Virus record (IMG/VR): IMGVR_UViG_3300043473_000082 | Location: 1-47,048 of that record | DNA: 47,048 bases | Reading direction: 5' to 3' (one strand) | From: a virus | Shown: piece after piece, positions 6,941 to 14,392 of the stretch | How positions within the stretch are numbered: position 1 is the stretch's first letter | How the letters are laid out: each line of letters opens with the position of its first letter | Position numbers and translations under genes: made by a program | Notes under the pieces: generated by a model | Told to the model about the DNA's origin: nothing | The model's input: only the letters and a program-made list of their open reading frames with translations | Databases searched by the model: none

Positions 6941-9562
6941 TTAGCCCGGCATGGAAGGCATCTTGACCTGGCTGGGCATCGGGTGCGGCCGGCCGGGCGG
7001 GGCACCGGACAGCGTGGTCTGGGCATCCGGCGCGCTTGGCGGCGGGCCGCCGGGCGGTGCGGGCGCGTTCATGGCGCCTTGCGGCCCCATCGCAGCGCCC
7101 GCCGCGGCACCGGCGCCGGGCATGGTCGGCGCGCCGCCGCCTGGCGGCCCGCCGCTCATGGCGCCGTTCATAGCAACAATAGAAGGAAGCGCCGACTTAA
7201 AAGCTTCCGTAAGGTCAAGCCGATCGTCCAGCCGACGCAGAACGTCCTTGGCCAGGAATTCGGGGTCGATACCGGGAAGCTGGATAAGCAGAGGATACAG
7301 TCTCTGCGCATTTGCGATTTCCTGCGCCTGATTCGGGCGGCCCATGCTGCCCGCTTCGATTTCCAGGAGGATTTCATTGGCGACGTTCTGCGCCTCCGGG
7401 TTGGCGGGCCACACCGCGCCTTGCCCAACGACCTGCTTGACCCGTTCTTGGCTCATCTCGCGAAGCAGGATTTGACCCCCGTTGCGAGCAAGTTGGGTAA
7501 GCAGGTCGTTGAGGTCGTCAATGTTACTACCCATCGAGGTCATGCGCGACCCCTCGGCGATCTGGCTCTGGGTCGCGGTGGTGTTGGAGGTGCCGCCGAG
7601 GTTGGCCTCCTGAATGCCGGTGGTGCGCAGGATGTCCTCGTAGACAGGATTCACTTCGTACAGATTCGGATCGACGCCGGCGCCGGCGTAGGCCTGCAAC
7701 AGCTGCTTGATGTCCTGCTGGGGCTGCAGCGCATTGAGCTGGATGATCGCGTTGGCTTCGCGGTTGCTGATCCGCTCCAGATCCTCGGCGTCCAGCGCAC
7801 CCGCCACCACGCCAATGAACGGCCGGCCGGCGATGCGCTGTTCCTTCAGCCCCTCGCGGCAGCGGTTATATTCCAGCTGCATGTCGCGGATCAGGCGGAC
7901 GTCGGACGGCGGGTACAGCTCCTTCTCGTCCTCGATGCCGTTGAACAGCAACCCGTACCAAGGGTAGAACCGCTCGTTGTAGACGTCCGGCGACATCGGC
8001 TCGCGCAGGAATTCCTTGTAGCCGTCGCAGACCACATAAACCAAACCATCCTTGCGGGAGTAGATCTCCCAGACGATCGCGTTCTTGTCGCCGCGGTTCT
8101 CGTCCTTGTCTTTGGATGTGGACCAATTGGCCATCATCGCCACCGGGTCGTTGGCGGCGTTGTCGCCATACTCGGTGCAGTGGCCGCGGACGTCGACGCC
8201 GTAGATCTCCTCGATCTCGGATGTCGACAGCAGATACTCTTCCGCCACCCAGTCGGCGGCGACCCAGTTCTTCAGGTCGATGCACTTGACGTCGGGAATG
8301 ATCTTGGTGGATTGCGGGAAGTCGAAGGTCAGGCCCTCGCGCACCACATGCCCCTGCTGCGCCATCAGATCCTTCAGCAGCAGCTTGATCTGCTCGGCTT
8401 CCAAATCGTTGTCGTCGGTGATGTCGTCGGCGGCGTCGGCGGCCAGCCGTTGCAGCGTGGCCAGCCGTTCGTTGGCATCCGCGATGCCTTTCTCCAGATC
8501 GGGGCGCTGGGCCATCACCCGCTCGTAACCGAGCTTGACGTAGGCCACCCCGTTGGTGACGGCCCGGCGCACCGTCATTTTAAGCATGGATTTAAATGGG
8601 TGTGGTTGATTATCTACTTCGTAGGCGTAAAGCAGCTCCAAAGTCCGAGCCAGTTTGTCCATCATGATGTTTTCGTTCTTGACGCGCGCGGCGTCCATCA
8701 TGATGTCCATGCCGGAGCCGACCGCCTGCGCCATCATCGGCGACCCCGGCGGCACCACGCCTTGCGCAGCACCCGCGGCAGCGGCCATGCCAAGCTGGTC
8801 GCCGAGGCCAGAGCCGCCGCTCATGGCGCCCGGGATCGGCCCTGCGCCCATGCCGGGCATGGTAGCGCCACCAAGCTGGGAGCCGACGGCGGCCGAGATC
8901 GCGTTCAGGCTGCCGCCTGGCGGGCCACCAACAATCCCGCCAGGCGCGCCACCTGGTGGGGCGGAAGGAGCACCGCCGGCCATCAGAGCGTCGATCGAGG
9001 TGTTATTGGTCGCCATCGGCATCGCGCCACTGAGCGCGCCGGAGGCTGCCTGCATCACGCCGCCCATCATCTCCGGCGGCAGGCCACCCATGCCGCCCAT
9101 GCCGCCCATCTGGGCCTGCTGCATCATCATGGCGCCGGACTGCATCAATTGGGTCAGCGTGGTCTGCGATTCATCCCATGACGTGGCATTGAGACGGGGC
9201 CGTTTCTTGGCAACGGCTTTGGGGTTTTTGGCGTAGAGGAAGGCGGTCTTTTGCGCCACCAGGCGCAGAGTAAGGTTCGCCACATAGCGACGGTCTGAAG
9301 CATCTTTGGACCACTGCTTGCCAAAAGCGAACTCCTGATCTTCGCGCATGCGATCGAATGACGGTTTCCAGAACCGCTTGGCCTTCTTGACCTTGTCGAC
9401 CCAGGACGTGACCAGGCGGTGCCGCCGCTGCGGCGGCTCGGGCTGGTTGCGGGGGATGAGGTTGGGACGGCCGGTGTTGGAGTTGATGTCGGCTTCGCTG
9501 CTGGCGTCCGGGCTTTCGCCTGAGAACAGCCCCATCATGGAGTTGTCGAAGGTGTCTACCAT
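6941..9562 (-). CDS. Portal protein (unusually large, with Gly/Met/Pro/Ala-rich insertions)
   Basis: 873 aa. The start overlaps the TerL stop by 7 nt. Lies between TerL and scaffold. Low-complexity segments at about aa 138-290 and over the last ~70 aa. Confidence 0.75.
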   Translation of the reverse strand: MVDTFDNSMMGLFSGESPDASSEADINSNTGRPNLIPRNQPEPPQRRHRLVTSWVDKVKKAKRFWKPSFDRMREDQEFAFGKQWSKDASDRRYVANLTLRLVAQKTAFLYAKNPKAVAKKRPRLNATSWDESQTTLTQLMQSGAMMMQQAQMGGMGGMGGLPPEMMGGVMQAASGALSGAMPMATNNTSIDALMAGGAPSAPPGGAPGGIVGGPPGGSLNAISAAVGSQLGGATMPGMGAGPIPGAMSGGSGLGDQLGMAAAAGAAQGVVPPGSPMMAQAVGSGMDIMMDAARVKNENIMMDKLARTLELLYAYEVDNQPHPFKSMLKMTVRRAVTNGVAYVKLGYERVMAQRPDLEKGIADANERLATLQRLAADAADDITDDNDLEAEQIKLLLKDLMAQQGHVVREGLTFDFPQSTKIIPDVKCIDLKNWVAADWVAEEYLLSTSEIEEIYGVDVRGHCTEYGDNAANDPVAMMANWSTSKDKDENRGDKNAIVWEIYSRKDGLVYVVCDGYKEFLREPMSPDVYNERFYPWYGLLFNGIEDEKELYPPSDVRLIRDMQLEYNRCREGLKEQRIAGRPFIGVVAGALDAEDLERISNREANAIIQLNALQPQQDIKQLLQAYAGAGVDPNLYEVNPVYEDILRTTGIQEANLGGTSNTTATQSQIAEGSRMTSMGSNIDDLNDLLTQLARNGGQILLREMSQERVKQVVGQGAVWPANPEAQNVANEILLEIEAGSMGRPNQAQEIANAQRLYPLLIQLPGIDPEFLAKDVLRRLDDRLDLTEAFKSALPSIVAMNGAMSGGPPGGGAPTMPGAGAAAGAAMGPQGAMNAPAPPGGPPPSAPDAQTTLSGAPPGRPHPMPSQVKMPSMPG

Positions 9563-11133
9563 CCTTGCAAACTCCTGGCCCGGCGGCTCTGGCCTTCGCG
9601 GCGGCGGGTTTGCTGAAACATCTCAGCGAACGAGCCTTCCCTGATGTCCGGCTCCGGCGGCTTGTTCCGGGTCCGGCCATGCATCTTAGCCAGTCCTAGA
9701 CCAATTAGGGCCAAAGCGTCGACAAAATCGTCCTTGGCGCCGTGCGGAAACTTCAGAATCTGGTCCTGGGCGTCGGCCCACCAGCGGGCGAAGGCCGGGA
9801 AATGCACCATCTTCATCGAGCAGCGGGCCTGAATTGATTGCGCGCGCTGCTGCTTGTCGGCGGCCGGATTGATCGGATCGATGGCGCAAAACACCTGCTT
9901 CTCGATCATCCGTTTGCGCAGGAAGGGACCGAGGCTCTTGGTGATGGCTCCGCCCTCGGCCCACCAAAACTGCGGCTTGTACTTCTTCATCAGTCCGACC
10001 ATGGAATCGATCGCGGTGTGGCTGTCGAGCTTGGCCCAGACCACGTCCGGCATGATCCAGATGTTGTCTTTCTCATCGACGCCGACAATCATCAGACAGG
10101 TCTTGTCGGCCACGCGATCGGTCGACACCGCGTGATCGCTGGCGCCGTAGAACCGCATCTTCTGCCAGGACGGCATGTCGTCCATCTTGTTGTAGGGGAC
10201 GAGGTCGGTTGCCTGGAAGAACGCGCCGCCTTGCGGCGAGGGCTTGCCTTGATACAGAGCTGAAAAGCCGCGGGGGTCGGTGGCGCGAATCTCTTCCAGA
10301 TATTCCTTGGTGAACCGCTCTGGCCACAGCGGCTCGCCGGGTTGGCGGCCGAGGATGTCGTTGTCTTCGGCTAGCGCGGGTAGATCGATCTTGCGCCAGC
10401 CCTTGGCTTCTTCCGGGTTGTAGTAGGGGTTCATCGGGTCGATCAGTCGGCCGACGAGGTCGTCTTCTGTCCATCGCGTTTGAACGATAACAATCGTCCC
10501 CGTGGAGTCCATGAGGCGTGTGCGGAGCACCTGGTTGTACCAGGTCCACAGCTTCTCCCGCACCAGCATGGAATCCGCTTCCGTGCGATCTTTAATCGGG
10601 TCGTCCAGCAATATACAATGACCACCCCGTCCCGTGATGGACGAACCACGGCCCACCGAGAATACGACACCGTCTCGCGTAGTCTGGACGCGATTGACTG
10701 CACTGGCGCCTACCTTGATCTCCACCGCCGGAAACACCTGAGCATACTCCGGGGTAGCCATAATATCCCGTACCCGGCGCCCCAGATCCCAGCTGTAGTG
10801 CTCGTTGTAGGTGGCGACGATGATCGATCGATCGGGGTGCCGGCCGATATACCAAGCAGGAAACATCGCGCTAGCCAGGGTAGTCTTGCCAAACCGTGGC
10901 CCCACATTGATCATCAACCTCCGATAATCGCCGCGCTCGACCTCCTCCAGGGAGCGGCCGATCACGCGATGGAATTGCTGCGGCAGGTACAGTGACTTGG
11001 TGACGTCGTCGTCAAAGTTGGGGTCCGGCATCATCAGCTGCGTGAACGCGATCAAGTCATCCCGGGCAGTGAGGATGGCCCGCTTGCGCCGCAGCAATTT
11101 GAGTTGCCGCTCCTTCTCAGGCGTTGTCGTCAT
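9556..11133 (-). CDS. terL: Terminase large subunit
   Basis: 525 aa. Walker A GPRFGKTT, Walker B HCILLDDP, C-terminal nuclease-like AKDDFVDALAL. Immediately upstream of the portal gene. Confidence 0.9.
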   Translation of the reverse strand: MTTTPEKERQLKLLRRKRAILTARDDLIAFTQLMMPDPNFDDDVTKSLYLPQQFHRVIGRSLEEVERGDYRRLMINVGPRFGKTTLASAMFPAWYIGRHPDRSIIVATYNEHYSWDLGRRVRDIMATPEYAQVFPAVEIKVGASAVNRVQTTRDGVVFSVGRGSSITGRGGHCILLDDPIKDRTEADSMLVREKLWTWYNQVLRTRLMDSTGTIVIVQTRWTEDDLVGRLIDPMNPYYNPEEAKGWRKIDLPALAEDNDILGRQPGEPLWPERFTKEYLEEIRATDPRGFSALYQGKPSPQGGAFFQATDLVPYNKMDDMPSWQKMRFYGASDHAVSTDRVADKTCLMIVGVDEKDNIWIMPDVVWAKLDSHTAIDSMVGLMKKYKPQFWWAEGGAITKSLGPFLRKRMIEKQVFCAIDPINPAADKQQRAQSIQARCSMKMVHFPAFARWWADAQDQILKFPHGAKDDFVDALALIGLGLAKMHGRTRNKPPEPDIREGSFAEMFQQTRRREGQSRRARSLQGW

Positions 11134-11350
11134 GCTTGTACTTGGCCTGCGGCACGTCCGGCATGGTGCGGATCTTGGCCCTCGGCGCCGAGCTGACCGC
11201 GTTGACGGTGGGGTCCACCGCCTGCGGGCCTTTGTTCGGCGAGGTGTGGTGGCTGAAATTGTCCTGGGTCTTGGAGAAGTTCGGCGGCGCGGTCTTGATG
11301 CCGGGCGGCGGCTTGATGTTGACGGTGGGCGCCTTGGTCATCTTGGCCAT
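11117..11350 (-). CDS. Hypothetical small protein upstream of terL
   Basis: 77 aa with high GC3 in frame. TAATG coupling to the upstream gene. No recognisable motif. Confidence 0.6.
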   Translation of the reverse strand: MAKMTKAPTVNIKPPPGIKTAPPNFSKTQDNFSHHTSPNKGPQAVDPTVNAVSSAPRAKIRTMPDVPQAKYKHDDNA

Positions 11351-12135
11351 TAACGTGGTCCTCCGGGTCTGCGCGCCGCGTAGGCGTCCTCGGCTGCGCG
11401 GTTAAGTTGCTCCAGCTCTTTCTTGTACATGCCGCTCGACCCCAGGACATACATCGCGCTTGCCCGTTGCTGCTGGTCAACCTTGCCGCCGCCCTTCTCG
11501 GGGTCGCCGGCCTGGGTAGCCATCAAATAGCGGACTACGAGTTCTTCACTGGGCAGTTTCTTGAAGAGTTCAGCCAGTGCCGGATCTTGTCTTAGCTTAT
11601 TGAGGCCGCGGTGTACCGATTCATGGACGATCGCCGACGGGTCCGGCGCACCGGTGGAGACGTACATGGAATCCTTAGCGGGCGAATAGGCGCCGGCGAT
11701 GTTGCCCTCGCCCATCCTGACGTCGAAAACGGCGCGGCTGGGGTCGTAGCCGAGGTTGGCCACCGGCACCCGGTTGGCGGCCAAGGCCGCCTGCGCCAGC
11801 GTGGTGCCCAGCGTATCGCCAACCGGCGAGGTGTCCGGCGTCCTCAGATCGAGGTTACGCGAACCGCTATCGTCCAGCGCTAGCGCCGTGGCCTCGCCGG
11901 TGGACATGCCCTCGGCCGACATCGGGATGAAGTTCTTGCCGCGCTGCACGCCGGCCACCCGGGCGACGTTGCCCTGGGTGTACGGCTCGTTACCGGTGCC
12001 GTAGCCGAAATCGTACTTGCGGGCTTCCAGCGCGTCCTCCGGCGTCGGATAGCCGGCCAGCGGCGGCGCCAAGGTAGTGGTCGTCGGCGGGTCGCCGCCG
12101 GTCAGCTGCCGGAAGATGTCGCCGATACCCGCCAT
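11350..12135 (-). CDS. Hypothetical protein with HExxH zinc-metallopeptidase motif (candidate lysis enzyme or virion protein)
   Basis: 261 aa with IVHESVHRGL (HExxH). Follows the small membrane-protein trio on the minus strand. Confidence 0.7.
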   Translation of the reverse strand: MAGIGDIFRQLTGGDPPTTTTLAPPLAGYPTPEDALEARKYDFGYGTGNEPYTQGNVARVAGVQRGKNFIPMSAEGMSTGEATALALDDSGSRNLDLRTPDTSPVGDTLGTTLAQAALAANRVPVANLGYDPSRAVFDVRMGEGNIAGAYSPAKDSMYVSTGAPDPSAIVHESVHRGLNKLRQDPALAELFKKLPSEELVVRYLMATQAGDPEKGGGKVDQQQRASAMYVLGSSGMYKKELEQLNRAAEDAYAARRPGGPR

Positions 12136-12139
12136 GATG

Positions 12140-12256
12140 TCACTTCTTCTTGCCGCCCTTCGGCGGTTTGCCCTGGCGGGCGCTTTGTACGGCAGCAGAT
12201 GGCTTGACCGGCTTGCCGACGGCGGCGGGGCCTTTGCCGCCTGATTTCTTGGGCAT
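12140..12256 (-). CDS. Possible 38-aa lysine-rich peptide
   Basis: Manual translation MPKKSGGKGPAAVGKPVKPSAAVQSARQGKPPKGGKKK. GGAGCTAGCA precedes the ATG. Below the ORF-track size cut-off. Confidence 0.35.
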   Translation of the reverse strand: MPKKSGGKGPAAVGKPVKPSAAVQSARQGKPPKGGKKK

Positions 12257-12265
12257 TGCTAGCTC

Positions 12266-12436
12266 CTATCCATGAATGGGGGCGCCGAACACTTTCCAGC
12301 CGAGCAGCAGGAACAGCACGAACAGCAGCAGCATGTTGCCGATCGCGCCGTAAGGTGCCGCCCAGCCGGAGTGTACCAGGACGCCGAACACGAACCAGAT
12401 CAGCATCAGCACCCAGAAGGCAAGGCCTAAGGTCAT
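12266..12436 (-). CDS. Small two-TM membrane protein (holin-like)
   Basis: Internal ATG at 12436 preceded by GGGAGATAGCC. 56 aa: MTLGLAFWVLMLIWFVFGVLVHSGWAAPYGAIGNMLLLFVLFLLLGWKVFGAPIHG. The upstream part of the track ORF is Arg/Pro-rich and overlaps the lipoprotein gene. Confidence 0.7.
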   Translation of the reverse strand: MTLGLAFWVLMLIWFVFGVLVHSGWAAPYGAIGNMLLLFVLFLLLGWKVFGAPIHG

Positions 12437-12438
12437 GG

Positions 12439-12612
12439 CTATCTCCCGTCGCAACGCGCGATCTGCACCAGGTTGCGGGCTAGGAGCCGGCACTCGGAGC
12501 GGGCGTTGAGGGCTTCGATGTCGGCGCGGGTGTAATAGAGGGCTTCGCGATCGGTGACGATACATCCGCTGAGTGACAGCGCCAGCATTCCCAGCAGCAG
12601 GATGATCTTCAA
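12439..12612 (-). CDS. Small lipoprotein (o-spanin-like); not in the ORF track
   Basis: TTG start 6 nt after GGAGG. 57 aa: (M)KIILLLGMLALSLSGCIVTDREALYYTRADIEALNARSECRLLARNLVQIARCDGR. Lipobox LSGC plus two further Cys. Confidence 0.7.
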   Translation of the reverse strand: MKIILLLGMLALSLSGCIVTDREALYYTRADIEALNARSECRLLARNLVQIARCDGR

Positions 12613-12622
12613 GGCTAGCCTC

Positions 12623-12802
12623 CTATTTCACAATGGTGGCGATGCACTTCTCCAACATGGCGTCCCGGCGGCTCGCAGCATCGCCGATCTTGCCCAAGGT
12701 GAACCAAAATCCGGTAAACACAATAACATTGATAAGCATCGCCGCCATCAGGACCGGGGTGTCCTGAAAAGCGTTGGCGACCTTGTCGAAGATGCGGGTC
12801 AT
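12623..12802 (-). CDS. Small single-TM membrane protein (i-spanin- or holin-like); not in the ORF track
   Basis: ATG at 12802. 59 aa: MTRIFDKVANAFQDTPVLMAAMLINVIVFTGFWFTLGKIGDAASRRDAMLEKCIATIVK. One hydrophobic helix and one C-terminal Cys. Confidence 0.65.
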   Translation of the reverse strand: MTRIFDKVANAFQDTPVLMAAMLINVIVFTGFWFTLGKIGDAASRRDAMLEKCIATIVK

Positions 12803-12835
12803 GTCACGCTGGGTTTAAGTTGATCGTCGGTCATG

Positions 12836-14044
12836 TCAGAGCCTCGCGTCCGCTTTGTAAGCCCAGCGCGCATACCCGCCAGCTATGGTAGACGCCAGCT
12901 GAAACGCACCCATGTCTACACTCGCAGAGTTATTCGTGATTGCCCCTCCGGCGTTGCCAGGATCAAGCACGGTCATCGTCACCGTAGGAGCGGCGCGCAT
13001 CGTCCTGTTCCACGGCCGGGTCTGGGTCATCGAGGCTGCGGCAGGCACCTGCATCATGATCTGGCCGATGTCGAGATAACGTTGGCACGTCACCAGTTCC
13101 TGATCGTACGGCCGCATGATCAGCGCCGAGCGCGCGGCAGATGGCGCTTCGCTGCCGGGGAGGACAACGACGCCGGTGAAATAAATCACCCCCGGCGAAG
13201 CAAAGAAATTTGTCGTTGCTGGCGAGCCAACAGCATTCGCATTGGTGTTCCAGGCATTCGCCGCTGCCGCCTTGCGCCCACTGCCGGCGCCAAAACAAAA
13301 ACCGATTGTCGCGCCGAGGCCGTTCGTCGATAGCCACGTTCCGTCCGTGCAGCCCGGAATAGTGACCGTCTTGAACTGCCATGCGCCAGCTGTGATCGGC
13401 ACATCCACAACATACGAACGATCACTGCCTCGGATCGATACGCCCATCGTCCCTGAGATGTTGGGAAACACCCAGAAGCCGATCGTGACAGGTTGTGCGT
13501 TTTGTCCGCCAAACGACAGCCGCGCCCAACGATAGCCCTCTATGATCTGATAGATGAAACTACCCGACAGGCTTTCGGTCAGCGGGTTCGCGACGGTGCA
13601 TTGAAAGCCAAGGCAGTAGGGGAAACCGGCCAGGCTGCTGATGCCGATTTGTGCGGGTGTTGCGGTCGCTGCGGCTCCAACCATAGCGACACCAAACCCA
13701 TCGAGCACATAATTTGCCCCGTTCGTTATGGTTGCCGCTCCACCACCCTGGTTGACCTCCATCGAGCCGTTGATCTGCATGCCTGAATAGGCGAGCGCGT
13801 CCATGGGCGCCGCCGCGAATTTCGGATGGACGTGGTCCTCGCGCGCGTACTTGGTCGCGGTGCCGACCAGGCCTGTCGCCTGGTCCATCAGCGGCACAGC
13901 GGCCGCGGGGGCCGCGGTGGTGACCTGGGCGCCGACGGTGGTCCACTTGGTGCCGTCATAGGTGTATTGCGGCTGGCCGACAACGGCCGGCACCGGGTAC
14001 TTGTCGCCGGCGATCGGCGAGGCGGGGAAGTCGAGCGCGGCCAT
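12836..14044 (-). CDS. Tail fibre protein 2 (C-terminal module paralogous to 14393-16105)
   Basis: 402 aa. N-terminus FPASPIAGDKYPVP...YTYDGTKWTTVG is typical of fibre N-termini. Shares APMDALAYSGMQINGSM and VVLPG.EAPSAARSALIMRP.DQELV.CQRY with the 570-aa fibre. Confidence 0.8.
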   Translation of the reverse strand: MAALDFPASPIAGDKYPVPAVVGQPQYTYDGTKWTTVGAQVTTAAPAAAVPLMDQATGLVGTATKYAREDHVHPKFAAAPMDALAYSGMQINGSMEVNQGGGAATITNGANYVLDGFGVAMVGAAATATPAQIGISSLAGFPYCLGFQCTVANPLTESLSGSFIYQIIEGYRWARLSFGGQNAQPVTIGFWVFPNISGTMGVSIRGSDRSYVVDVPITAGAWQFKTVTIPGCTDGTWLSTNGLGATIGFCFGAGSGRKAAAANAWNTNANAVGSPATTNFFASPGVIYFTGVVVLPGSEAPSAARSALIMRPYDQELVTCQRYLDIGQIMMQVPAAASMTQTRPWNRTMRAAPTVTMTVLDPGNAGGAITNNSASVDMGAFQLASTIAGGYARWAYKADARL

Positions 14045-14049
14045 CTCGT

Positions 14050-14391
14050 TTATCCCTTCCGCTTCGGCAATACCTTGCGCGCCGCCGGCGTCTCGCCGCG
14101 CGCCTTGGCCGCGAAGTCCTCTACCGTTATCGGCGGCAGGCCTTCCAGTGCGAGGATGCGGTTTTCATGCTCGAAGGCGATCTCCTGGCCTGGCGTCGGT
14201 GTCTGGGCCGCCGGCTCAGGCGGCACATAGGGATCGGCCGTGTTGCCGGCTTCCCGCCACTGGATGTAGCCAGGAGAGAATTGATCGCCGTTGTAGTCGC
14301 GGTTGGCCATGTCGGGCGGGATGCAGGCGCCGTCGCTGTGGCGAATGACGGTGCAGGGTTCTTCGGTGGCGGTGAGTTGATAGTCGGACAT
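14050..14391 (-). CDS. Putative tail-fibre assembly/chaperone protein
   Basis: The internal ATG at 14391 lies 1 nt downstream of the fibre stop (14393-14395). 113 aa, MSDYQLTATEEPCTVIRHSDG... Sits between two fibre genes. Confidence 0.55.
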   Translation of the reverse strand: MSDYQLTATEEPCTVIRHSDGACIPPDMANRDYNGDQFSPGYIQWREAGNTADPYVPPEPAAQTPTPGQEIAFEHENRILALEGLPPITVEDFAAKARGETPAARKVLPKRKG

Positions 14392-14392
14392 G

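Noticed and set aside
6983-9181. 732-aa plus-strand ORF antisense to the portal gene. Similar long antisense or out-of-frame ORFs occur at 38214-39452, 27223-28248, 25435-26307, 27750-28619, 45722-46678, 37720-38871 and elsewhere.
   Set aside because: Their Arg/Gly/His/Pro-rich composition is typical of stop-free alternative frames in high-GC DNA. They have no ribosome-binding sites. Each overlaps a gene on the other strand or frame that has clear motifs or operon coupling.
11117-11350. The 77-aa ORF upstream of terL, considered as the small terminase subunit.
   Set aside because: It is very small and Pro-rich, with no DNA-binding or oligomerisation motif visible. Position alone is insufficient, so it is left as hypothetical.
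12554-12823. 89-aa plus-strand ORF from the ORF track.
   Set aside because: It lies antisense to two small minus-strand genes (12439-12612 and 12623-12802) that have good ribosome-binding sites, a lipobox and TM helices and are coupled to a third (12266-12436) in the late operon. The plus-strand ORF has no such support.
13075-13170. A near-identical ~100-nt segment shared with 14683-14787 in the two fibre genes, considered as a diversity-generating retroelement TR/VR pair.
   Set aside because: No reverse transcriptase is present anywhere in the genome. The mismatches (t/c, g/a, a/c, t/a) are not confined to adenine positions. Both copies are in-frame parts of paralogous C-terminal domains.
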